The position numbers were made by a program, and so were the translations under genes. Positions 26,175 to 37,988 of a DNA stretch of 64,000 bases are shown piece by piece. The stretch is from Eledone cirrhosa (taxonomy: Eukaryota), in NCBI GenBank assembly GCA_964016885.1, contig OZ024740.1, positions 155,000,001 to 155,064,000 of the forward strand, given 5' to 3'. Numbering within the stretch: the stretch's first letter is position 1; each line of letters opens with the position of its first letter. Under the pieces are notes generated by a model. The model searched no databases. It was not told where the DNA came from and saw only the letters and a program-made list of their open reading frames with translations.

Positions 26175-27631
26175 CAACGAATATAGTGAAGAGTTTAGCG
26201 TAAAAGTTGGCGTCCATCAGGGCTCTGTTCTCAGCCCCCTACTATTTATTATTGCCCTTCAGGCTATAACAGAGGAGTTCAAGACAGGCTGCACATGGAA
26301 ACTCCTATACGCAGACGACCTGACACTCATAGCGGAATCAATGGCCGAGCTAGAGAAGAAATTCCAAACATGGAAGCACGGCCTAGAGTCAAAAGGACTT
26401 AAAATTAACCTGGCTAAGACCAAAGTTCTAGTTTGTAGGAAAGAAAACAAGGCGGCGGTCCCTTCTGGGAAATGGTCATGCTCGGTATGTAGGAAAGGCG
26501 TAGGTAGAAACTCCATCTTATGTCCTAAATGCAAAGTATGGGTGCATAAAAGATGTAGTGGGATCACAGGTAAGCTAACTAAGAACATAGACTTTACATG
26601 TGGCCGGTGTTCTGGTGCAATAAGTAGCAGCAAGTGCCCACAAAATACTAGCTCTTTCAATTGCGCAGAGGGTTCTATAGAAATAGTGGACAGCTTCCGT
26701 TACCTGGGCGATAAAATCAGCAGTGGGGGAGGGTGCTCTGAAAGTACTGTAGCTAGAGTCAGAACTGGTTGGAAAAAGTTCAGAGAGCTTATACCACTAT
26801 TAGCTGCTAAAGGGTTCTCCCTAAAAATGAAAGGCAGGTTGTACGATGCCTGCATACGAACAGCAATGTTGCATGGTAGTGAGACCTGGGCATTGTGTGC
26901 AGAGGATATACGCAGACTAGAGAGGAACGAAGCTTGCATGCTCCGCTGGATGTGTAACAGTAATATACGTGAACGGCAAAGCATAAACGAACTAAGGAAA
27001 AAATTAGAGATAAGAGGGATCAGATGTTGTTTACTCGAGAGAAGGCTGCGTTGGTATGGACACGTGATGCGCATGAAAGTCGATAGCTGTATAACAAAGT
27101 GCAGGGCAATAAAGATAGACGGTAGCCACGGAATAGGCAGACCTAGAAAAACATGGGATGAGCTGATAAACTCCGACCTCACACACTTACGCCTCTCCAA
27201 GACAATGTCACTGGACCGAGACCTTTGGCGGTACTCAGTAACAGAGAAGACCCGCCTTGCCAGTAGGCATCTCTCACAAAATACACCCCGTCCCGCCACC
27301 ACCCCCACCCCATCCACACCACCCCGTTCTATGTAAAGTTATGTTGGTGCCGCGCCATCCAGGCCGAAACAAATGAGATCGTGTAGGTGTCACGACAAAA
27401 AAACACACAGTCCACGCTGTAATGTGGCCGTGTAGGCAACACGGTAAAAACCTCCCAGACCCACACTGTAAATGTGGTTGGTGTTAGGAAGGGCATCCAA
27501 CTGTAGAAAACCTGCCAGACAGTCCTATGCGAGCAAGACAATCACTCTTGCCTCAAGTGGGACTACCCCCGTCCAAACCCATGCAAGCGTGGAACACGGA
27601 CGTTAAACGTTGATGATGATGATGATGATGA

Positions 27632-27634
<3 letters not shown>
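25792..27634 (+). mobile_element. Young 5'-truncated RTE LINE subfamily 1 with uninterrupted RT ORF and PHD-type finger
   Basis: ORF 25750-27336: NYRGIKL, QFGF, FVDLEKAFD, GVHQGSVLSP, YADD, C4HC3 finger, FRYLG, RRLRWYGHV, GRPRKTW. No endonuclease domain present. Confidence 0.97.
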
Positions 27635-28225
<591 letters not shown>

Positions 28226-28227
<2 letters not shown>

Positions 28228-29480
28228 CATTATCATCATTTTACGTCCGCTTTTCCCTGCTTGCAAGGGTGGGACGGGTCTTATTCAGCACAGCATCTCT
28301 CCACTCGTCACGGTCCCTCGTCATCTCCACCGTGAGCCTCAATGATCTGAGGTCTGTTCTCACCACCTCCGCCCATGTTTTTTGTGGTCTAGCTCTACCA
28401 CGTCTTCCTTCAACTGGCAATTCCTGGCACTTCTTCACCCATTGGTCATCCTCCATGCGCATCACATGTCTATACCACCTCAGTCTCCTCTCCCGTACAC
28501 TACATTCTATCCCTCTCAGACACAGTTTCTCTCTCAACACATTTATGCTGGGTCGTTCACGCACATTTACACTGCACATCCAATGGAGCATGCTTGCCTC
28601 ATTTCTCCCCAGCCGTCGCATATCCTCTGCAGTTGCTGCCCATGTCTCACTACCAGGCAGCATCGCGCTCCTCACACAGGCATCATACAACCGGCCTTTC
28701 GTACGCAGGGAGAAACCCTTCTTCGTCAACAGAGGAAGCAGCTCCCTAAACTTCTTCCAACCCGTTCTTATTCTAGATACTATGGCCTCGGAACACTCTC
28801 CTCCTATGCTAATCTGATCTCCTAGATACCGGAAGCTATCCACCACTTCTATAGCGCCCTCTTGCATTTGAAAAATGTGTCTATCAGTGCGACTTCTACT
28901 GTCTAATTTCCCTGTACATCTACTGCATACATATTTCTCCCTACCTGTTAGTTTGCCTGCTATCCCGCTACATCTCTTGTGTACCCAGGATCTGCATTGT
29001 GTGCATTTTATAGAATTTATGCCAGTTCCTTTTCTGCATATCGAACATGGCCATTTCCCTGACGGAATCAGGGTTTTGTCCTCTTTTCTACTCATCAACA
29101 CTTTTGTCTTAGCTAGATTCACTCTCAGTCCTCTTGCTTCCAACTGCTGTTTCCATAGCCAGAATTTATTCTCTAGCTCCTCTACTGATTCTGCTATAAG
29201 AACCAGATAGTCAGCGTAGAGAAGTTCCCATGGACAGCCAGTCTTAAACTCCTCTGTTATGGCTTGGAGGACTATAATGAACAAGAGCGGGCTGAGGACC
29301 GAACCCTGATGTACTCCTACTTGTATCTGGAATTCCTCACTAAACTCCATTCCTACCCTGACTTTACTGAGAGTACCACAGTACAAAGTTTGCACTGTCC
29401 TCACAAGCCATTCCTCAACACCTAGCTTCCTTAGGGACCACCAGATGACAGATCGGGGTACCCTATCAAAGGCCTTCTCT
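28226..29480 (-). mobile_element. 5'-truncated RTE LINE subfamily 2 (ORF runs to the tail; YADY active-site mutation)
   Basis: ORF 28241-29581 from EKAFDRVPR to [14 protein letters not shown], immediately followed by (GAT)n; C4HC3 finger present. Confidence 0.96.
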
Positions 29481-29610
29481 TGTTTATATATATATATATA
29501 AATATATATATATGTATATATATATATGTATATATATATATATGTATATATATATATGTGTATATATATATATATATACATATATGTTTATATATATGTA
29601 TACATATACA

Positions 29611-29885
29611 TATCCAGTCTGAAACAAATGAGGTCGTGTAGGTGTCACGACAAAAACACACAGTCCACGCTGTAATGTGGCCATGTAGGTAACACGGTAA
29701 AAACCTCCCAGTCCACACTGTAGAGGTGGTTGGTGTTAGGAAGGGCATCCAGCCGTAGAAAACCCGCCAGACAGTCCTATGCGAGCAAGACAACCACTCT
29801 TGCCTCAAGTGAGAAAACTCCCATCCAAACCCATGCTAGCGTGGAAGATGGACGTTAAACGATGATGATGATGATGATGATGATA
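29611..29885 (+). mobile_element. RTE subfamily 1-like 3'UTR-only copy
   Basis: Matches the reverse complement of 7372-7630; (GAT)n tail; preceded by a (TA)n tract. Confidence 0.88.
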
Positions 29886-30680
29886 ATCATTTTTACATCA
29901 ACTTTTCCATGCAGACATGGTCGGATGGAACTTCTTGAGCAATGTTTTACAGCTGGATGACCCCACTAATCTATCAAAGCCATGAAAAATCTGATAGTGG
30001 TTTCAATATATCCTACCTTCAGAGAAATTTCTATTGTGTTAACTACAACACAACCAGTATTTAAACAATGAAAGTGTCCAACATGAAATACATTGATTAA
30101 AAGTAAATAAATATGAAAGTAGCAGCACCTGGCACCATTAAAACACCAAGTCAGGTGAGTGAGGAAACAGGTTTCCTTTGATTGTTTGAGATTATTTAAC
30201 AACTGTTAAGATTCCTGTCCATAATATTACACCCCATTAATCATGGGGTCTCTCTTAATTTATTCTTCGAAGTTAAGAAATTGTATCCCCAACTATCACC
30301 ACTGCTACAAACCAATAAGGATGCATCTTTGTTAGAAACAGCAGCCAAATCTGCCTGAATGCACACCTACTATCAAAAAAAAAAGTACATGAGGTACCAT
30401 ACACCTAGATACACGATACCCACCAAAAAAGAAAACTGATTATAGTAACAGAGAAATAGTTTGTTGCTGTAGATGGCATGTTACTTTTGGCATGGTTGCT
30501 ATGATTGAATGTCCTTACTATCCCCAACCATTTTACTGCATGGAGCGGGTGCTTTTATTGTGCCATTAACACCAAAGAAAACAGAGAAATTAAAAAAAAG
30601 ATTGATTTAAAAAAAAAACTCTTATGTATATAATATTTGATTTATTCAGATTGTTCAGTCTGACAAACCATCTTCATTAA

Positions 30681-30878
30681 CCCTTTAGCATTTACATTAC
30701 TCTATATATACTATTGTATTTGCTATAGTATTTTCACGGTAAACACTATCTCGCATAACATTAAATCTATGAGATTTTGATATTTATTTTGAGAATCATA
30801 CCTTAACGTCAGTATGAGTTCCCGGTTTGAACAGAAAGTGGTGAGAGAATTCTGGTTGGATATGGCCGGTTTAAATGG
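30681..30878. mobile_element. MITE family C (one end degraded)
   Basis: TTAA-ccctttagcatttacattac...ggccggtttaaatg. Confidence 0.78.
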
Positions 30879-31178
30879 CAGGAATTAGTGTCCTTGGTTA
30901 TCCTGAAGGTCTAAGGCAAATGGGTATAATACTGTCTTCATTATGGAAGAGAATGGGACTTGCTGTTACTTTGAGACTACTACAGGTGGCCAGCCTATAT
31001 TTTCTAGATAGATATATGAGAGGCAGGGTAAACAAGTCATCTGTATTGATATATTTTTATACCAGGGATACTAAGGGAAGGGATTGGTTTAAAGTTAAAT
31101 TAAACATTTAAAATGGTAACTTATAAAAGTATTTCTTGCTGTTTTTGTGATTCAAGTTTTAAACCCCCAGTTTTAAAA

Positions 31179-31758
31179 CCTTTAGCATTTAAACTGGCCA
31201 TATCTGGCCAGAACTCTCTCATCTCTTTCTGTTTGAACTGGCTGGTCATACTGACATTAACGTATTGTTCTCAAAATAAATATCAAAATCTCAGATTCAA
31301 TATCATGTGAGATAATTACCACAAAAATACGATAGTATATATAGAGTAATTTTTTTTTTTTTTTCATTTTACATCCGCTTTTCCCTGCTTGCAAGGGTGG
31401 GACGGGAACTGATTCTGGCTTGATTTCTTCAGCTGGATGCCCTTCCTAACACCAACCTCCTTTACAGTGAGTGCTGGGTGCTTTTTCCGTGGCGCCCACA
31501 TGACCACTTTACAGTGTGGGCTGGGTGCTTTTTTGCCATGGCACCTCCACGACCACTTTGCAGTGGAATGATATGGATCCCAGTCCCTATCATCTCATTT
31601 CTACAGCTGAGTAATCTTGAGCAATGTGAAATAAAGTGTCTTGCTCAAGGAAACAACACATCACCCGATCTGAGAATTGAACTCACAATCTTTCGATTGC
31701 AAGGCCAATGCTCTAACCAATATGCCATGTGCCTCCATTAATGTAAATGTTAAATGGT
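31179..31758. mobile_element. MITE family C interrupted by a full-length SINE family E (31364-31736, minus)
   Basis: MITE ...atagagtaat | SINE | taatgtaaatgttaaatggttaa. Confidence 0.85.
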
Positions 31759-32109
31759 TAAACTATAGACATGAAGAAAACTTCTTAACCACACAGCTAT
31801 CACCTATCAGAATAAACTTCTTTGAATTATAAGTGACAGTCTAGAGAGAGAGAGAAGAGAAGAGAAGAGAAGAGAGAGAGTTGAATTAATGATATAGCAA
31901 TAATTATAAAATTTGTTAAATATTTAGTTGTCACCTTAAGAAGAAAAAAAGAAAAAGTTAATTTTGAATACATACTGCAACCAGTTGATCCAATAATAAG
32001 GACAACAACCAGTGTGTTTTAATGTTCAAGACAAAAACAACTTGTAAAGTTTTGATAATTATGATAATTAACACTTGTGGCTTTTAATGTTCAGGACAAG
32101 AATACTTAC

Positions 32110-32177
32110 ATATTTTCAGGTGTCCAATGTAACAAGACTTTTATTTTTCCAGAGTCTTCTCTTCTTCTTGCAATCAC
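32110..32177 (-). CDS. AEBP2: AEBP2/jing orthologue, penultimate coding exon (68 nt)
   Basis: tttctag|GTG ... AAT AT|gtaagt. Encodes VIARRREDSGKIKVLLHWTPEN(I), compared with human [23 protein letters not shown]. Too short for the ORF track. Confidence 0.95.
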
Positions 32178-32646
32178 CTAGAAATATAATAATATTTTGT
32201 AAGTCTTTGTGTATATATATGCATGAGCATTCTAAGTTCACATATGTGGAAGTTGAAATTAGAGTACAGAGATCCAGAGCAGACAGTGTGAATCCTATTA
32301 TCCAATATTGTCAATTCATTGCCTATATACCTTGATCACAGGTCTGTTCAACCACGGCTGAGTTAGAGCTTAACAACACCTTCAACTATGAATTCTGTAC
32401 TACAATAATGTACATCCTCCCTAGTCATCAAGATTCTAAACACTATTCAAGAATGCTAGGAAAGAGATACACTGGTGTTGGATTCAAGAGAACAGATTTC
32501 TTGATTGAAACAGAAGAATTCCACTCAGTAAAAATGAATTAAATAAAAAGCCTAGAGTCCTACCCAGATGAGTTTTTCGTTTTAAATTTACATTTTGGTC
32601 CAGTGGTTCGCAACCTTTTCACTACCAAGGAGCCCTTCTCATTTAA

Positions 32647-32839
32647 CCCTTTAACATTTAAACTGGCCATATCCAGCCAGAATTCTCTTACCTCTTTCTG
32701 TTCAAACCGGCTGTAACTGGCCACTCATACTTATGTTAAAGTATTGTTTTCAAAATCTCATAGATTTGATATTATATGAAATAAAGCCTCTACCACGAAA
32801 ATATAATAGTATATACAGAATAATGTAAATGCTAAAGGG
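32647..32839. mobile_element. piggyBac-type MITE family C
   Basis: TTAA-ccctttaacattta...taaatgctaaaggg-TTAA. Confidence 0.88.
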
Positions 32840-33541
32840 TTAAAGAAATTTTCCCACACACCATAAGTGGAGAAGCATTGAATTCACCCATAGATCTGAT
32901 ATATTTAAACAGGTCTTTCCACATTGAGTGAAATGGCAGAGGCATTAAGACATTATACAGTTATTCTGACTGTGCTTTGGGTTCAAATCCCCATCAAGGT
33001 CAACTCTGACTTTCATCCTTTGGAATCAATAAAGTACCAGTAATGGACTAGTGAAGTCACTGGAGAGTTGGAAGGATGTCTCATAGTATTTCTTCTGAGT
33101 TCAAATCTTACTGTTGCCTATTATCAGCCTTGGAAGGAACAGGAGCTCCATCATGCACAGACCCATAATTAACTACATTACAGCAATCAATGATATTCAA
33201 CTTGTTCGCCACAGCTGCACTGTTTAGCAGCCAGTACAAATGAGTTATGTCATGGTAACAGGGGCCAAATAGAGAAGAGGTGAGTTGGAAGATACTGACA
33301 GAGATTGTTGAACATCTCCATACACAATGTTTGGCTTAGTCAATTATAACTGATTGTACATAATACTATTAGAATAAACCAGGCAATCTGTAAGGTAGGT
33401 ATGTACATGTAGTAGCAAAAACTATAGCAAGCTCTCTTACTAATTCAGGAGTTTCCAAATCTGGAGTAAATTTTGCCTAGTCAAGAGGTAAATTTGTTAA
33501 TTCTGTATCTGTGCATATTTTTTCAATTATTTCATTTCATT

Positions 33542-33868
33542 TCATTTTACGTCCGCTTTTTCCCTACTTGCAAGGGTGGGACAGGAACTGATTCTGGCTT
33601 GATTTCTACAGCTGAATGTCCTACCTAACACCAACCTCATTTACAGTGAGTGCTGGGTACTTCTATGCCGTGGCACCTCCACGACCACTTTGCAGTGGAA
33701 TGATATGGACCCCAGTCCCTATCATCTCATTTCTACAGCTGAGTAAACTGGAGCAATGTGAAATAAAGTGTCTTGCTCAAAGAAACAACACATCACCCGG
33801 TCTGAGAATTGAACTCACAACCTTTCGATTGCAAGGCCAATGCTCTAACCACTAAGCCATGTGCCTCC
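33542..33868 (-). mobile_element. Full-length tRNA-derived SINE family E
   Basis: Minus strand: A-box TGGCTTAGTGG, B-box GAGTTCAATTC, central ttgagcaagacactttatttcacattgctccag, RTE-type 3' tail. Confidence 0.9.
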
Positions 33869-34464
33869 ATATGATTTTTAAAAATTAGAAGTAAACCTAT
33901 GTTGTTCATTAAAATACTAGTTTGTATTTTTTCTACTGTTTCTAACCAGTCCGTTAGAAAATCCTAAAATATTTGTCACCAGTTGAACAGATATAGTTCA
34001 TAGCAAAAACATACAAACTATAGCCGTCACTTGCTATTATGTATGATTTCAGGTACCTATGGGGTAGTGGGCAGGCACAGACACCATCACAACCCCACCT
34101 CACTTTGTCCAACAAACGCTCAACATTGTAACAGCTGGTGCATAACCTATATATAGTTCTCTACCAATTTGAGATTGGTTTTCTTCCTCAAAAGAATGAA
34201 AATTAAAGACAAGATTTAAACTCAGAGTGCAGAAAGCCAGAATGAACATCCAGTGCTTTAACAACTGTATCAAATCAAATGCCTTGTGTTCATAGAACAT
34301 TCTTTTAACTGTCATTTCTTCAGTGTATCTCTCAAATATCTTTTTCTCTCAGTCAAATAGCTGTCTGAGACAATACACTTGCAAATGTATTACGTTCAAA
34401 TGTAAAATTAAAAGTCATTTTAGTAAGATGTAAATTTATTTCCAATGAGCAAGTAGCCTGACAT

Positions 34465-34793
34465 ATCATCATTTTACGTCCGCTTTTCCCTGCTTGCAAG
34501 GGTGGGACGGGAACTGATACTGGCTTGATTTCTACAGCTGGATGCCCTTCCTAACACCAACCTCATTTACAATGAGTGCTGGGTGGTTTTTGCCGTGGCA
34601 CCTCCACGACCACTTTGCAGTGGAATGATAGGGACCCCAGTCCCTATTATCTCATTTCTACAGCTGAGTAAACTGGAGCAATGTGAAATAAAGTGTCTTG
34701 CTCAAGGAAACAACACATCACCCGGTATGAGAATTGAACTCACAACCTTTCGATTGCAAGCCCAATGCTCTAACCACTAAGCCATGTGCCTCC
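34465..34793 (-). mobile_element. Full-length tRNA-derived SINE family E
   Basis: Near-identical to 33542-33868; adjacent to an oppositely oriented RTE tail at 34810-34960. Confidence 0.9.
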
Positions 34794-36146
34794 ATCATTA
34801 TAAATATATAGGGCATCCAGCTGTAGAAATCAAGCCAAAATCAGTTCCTGTATGAGCAAGGCATGGTCAGCCGACTAGACACTGCCCACAACAGGACAAC
34901 CCGTCTAACCCATGCTAGCATGGAAGAACAGACGTAAAACGGTGATGATGATGATGATGAATTGCTTTTCTTCTCTCAACAGCTGGGTGTTTCTCTTTTG
35001 GCATAAAATTGTTAAAAGAGCAACAACACAGTGTAAACTTAATAAACTTTTACTACAGTAATAAGAGACATAATATAAACATAATAAATTAATGATAATA
35101 AAAATAATGCTTAGTTTAGTCTAAGCGAAATATAATTACTTCTAATGACTACTATAAAAATGCTTTAGATTGGCTGCAGCAAGAAAAAAAAACAACAAAA
35201 AAACTCCCCAACCCCTACCATACCCTCTCCTTTCAATATCTCAGTTGATGTTAACTAAAACTAGTTCCGTGCTATGAAAGTGAGTGGATGGGGTTCATGT
35301 CTATAATTATCTGTACTCTGTGCCCTATTGAAACACTATAAAAAAGTCAGTGACAGCACTAAACGTAACTTAGCTAATTATTTTAGGTCTTCTGTAATGG
35401 ACATAGTGGTGGAGGGTTTTAAAAAAAACTTACACTGGAAAATGAATGAGTAGATTAAAAGAAGTGAACACATACACATTTAATTTAATAGAGGTGTCAG
35501 TATATAGTACTGATAATATTGGAGAGTCAGTTGAAATATTTATTTCCAACATAGGCATATGGCCACAAATCTTTCTTTCTTTTTTTGGGTGGGGTGGAGG
35601 TATGATGACAGTTGACCAGAAAATGCTGATCCTCCATATCAAACCAAAGAAACTAAGTTTCAATTGATCCTTCTCATTTTGGATGCTTATCTGTTGGTTG
35701 CAAGGCATTCTCAAGCTTAGGCAAAGTATTCTTTCTGAATACCAATTTGCCGGACATATTGACCCTGGAAGTATGAAATGCCAAAGTCGGTATAGGTGGG
35801 ATTTGACCTCAGAACTAAAGGGATGTCACTAAATAACGACAATTCTTGGAAACAATTATCTAAATTTCAGGGATATAACTAGCTTTCAATTGAAACAAGA
35901 ATTTTTTAAGACCAATTTTATTTCCAAATTGAATTATATATATTTTTTTTGTTGTGTTCTACATCCAATATTTCTGTGTTACTGGGTAATATAGGTTTTG
36001 CAAACTTGAGTATTATCATAAGTTCAAAACAAATACAAAATAAGGTGTTTTAGTAGACACTGACTCACATCAATTGGACCACTTGTGGAGTGGGGCAGGC
36101 TAAGATTAACGGTAATCTCACTTTTTTGCTGACTTAACTTATTTAA

Positions 36147-36354
36147 TCCTTTAGCATTTAAACTGGCCATATCCGGCCAGAATTCTCTCATCTCTTTCTG
36201 TTCAAACCAGCTGTAACCGGCCACTCATACTGATGTTAAAGTATTGTTCTTAAAATAAATACTATTAAAATCTCATAGATTCAATATTATGTGAGGTAAA
36301 GCCTTTACCTCCAAAATACAATAGTAAATATAGAATAATGCTAATGCTAAAGGG
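36147..36354. mobile_element. piggyBac-type MITE family C
   Basis: TTAA-tcctttagcatt...aatgctaaaggg-TTAA. Confidence 0.88.
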
Positions 36355-36773
36355 TTAAAAAAATCACCAAAAAAAAAACCCTTTCACAACTTGATTCCCT
36401 TTCTTTACAAGTCAGCTGTGAAGATGAAGCCAAGGTTGCACCATGGGCTACAAGTAGCAGCTTCTGCTGCTTTTCAGGAAGGAACACTGCTATAGTTTAA
36501 AATTAGGGCTACTTTCTACTTCATAATTTTAATGTTTTTTTAAAAGTGAGGAAGAATCATAATATCAATAAATTATCAACTAAAGACAATTATCTGTGTG
36601 TATCCAATTTAGAAGAGGTACACTGTATCATTATGTCATCAGAAATAACTTTAAAAGGTTGGTTCCAGGACAGGTGTGTGGCTGTAAAACATTGCCTCAA
36701 GAAGAACCTCATGAAGATGAAGTCTATCACACACAAACAAACATAAATAAATGAAGGAATGAATGAAACTTAC

Positions 36774-36898
36774 AGTGCCATGGAATGTTATGGAATTAGT
36801 GCTGCCTTCTAAATCAATCTGCGTGATTCGTGTAAGCGTGATCAGCTCTTGTTGTAAACGTTCCATTATTCCACTGTCAAAGAAATCTCCAGTTCTTA
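36774..36898 (-). CDS. AEBP2: AEBP2/jing orthologue, internal coding exon (125 nt)
   Basis: atttcag|TA AGA ... GGC ACT|gtaagt. Encodes RTGDFFDSGIMERLQQELITLTRITQIDLEGSTNSITFHGT, compared with human HDFFDAQTLDAIR...HSVVFHST. Phase 0 join to the next exon. Confidence 0.9.
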
Positions 36899-37920
36899 CT
36901 GAAATGAACGAAGGTGGGAAGAAGGTTGGAAATGGTAAATAGAATACAGGAATAAAAAAGATAAAAGAAATGAAAGATAAACATTTTTAATTAAGAAACT
37001 CTAATGATCACATTTTGTAGATTATCACAATTGAGATCTTTAACTTGCAACAACTTCATATTCTGGTAGAAAGATAATAAAAAAAATCCAAGATAAATAG
37101 ATAAATATAAATAAATAAATTTTCATTTCAAGAATACTATCTCATGTGAAAAGATCTGGAGTGGAATTAGAAAACATTATTTCAGGGATATTGTAGAAGC
37201 AAATCTTAGATTTGTATTTGCAATAACATAATTGTTCTAATAATAATCAGTGTTGTTGTTGAACTCCAGATTAACCATGACTGAGTGGACCTATAACAAC
37301 CTATTTTATTTCTATTTATTATTATTATTCAGGCAGTGTATCTAGGACTATATTATCTGACAAATCTGTTGGGTTTTTTTTTACACCATTCAACATATTG
37401 CTTTTATCAAAAGAGTAAGGTGTGTGAATGCAATATGGCCAAATGGTTCAGAACTTTGCTCCACAATCACAAGGTTCCAGGTTTGATCCTAGTGTAGCAT
37501 CATGGGTAATATCTTTTACCATAACTTCAGGTTGATACAAGTCTTGTAAGTGAAACTGAGTAGACGGAAACTGTTTTAAAGCCTGTTAGATGGATTGTAT
37601 CTGTAATTCAAAGGGCTAGCTTGATTCTTTCTGTGAATTATATTAAAAGGTAGAAATGTCTGTGGAATACTCAGTCACTTACACATTAATTCCACAAGTA
37701 AGGAACTCCATTGATTGAACAACTGGGACATTTATCGTCAAAACTAACAGAGATCCATCTATAGTATGAGTTGCGAGAGATTTGGTTGATATTTCTAGCA
37801 GGTTGTGCAACTACATAGGTTTGCTTCATTAGCCTAAATAATAATGATTTTTACATAAGCATTAGGCCACACATTTCAGTGATCTGAGAAGAATTAATAG
37901 CAAAGTCAACCTCAGATATA

Positions 37921-37988
37921 CAGGGTGTCTCCCAAAAATGTATACACACTTCTGCATCAAAGTGTGTATACATTTTTGGGACACCCTG
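37921..37988. mobile_element. 68-bp Tc1/mariner-type MITE (TIR-only hairpin)
   Basis: TA-cagggtgtc(t)cccaaaaatgtatacacact...agtgtgtatacatttttgggacaccctg-TA. Confidence 0.88.

Noticed and set aside
26700-27317. Long antisense ORFs over the RTE copies
   Set aside because: Shadow frames of the RT ORF, repeated only because the TE is repeated.
25750-27336. 528-aa ORF as a host gene or autonomous LINE
   Set aside because: The start lies in a (TA)n tract, it is 5'-truncated, and it has no endonuclease domain.
33790-33868. tRNA gene
   Set aside because: A and B boxes are present but there is no complete cloverleaf; it is the head of a multi-copy SINE.
36651-36773. ORF extension past the AEBP2 exon as an alternative C-terminus
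   Set aside because: There is a strong gtaagt donor at 36773 and the continuation is low-complexity intron sequence with no recognisable homology.
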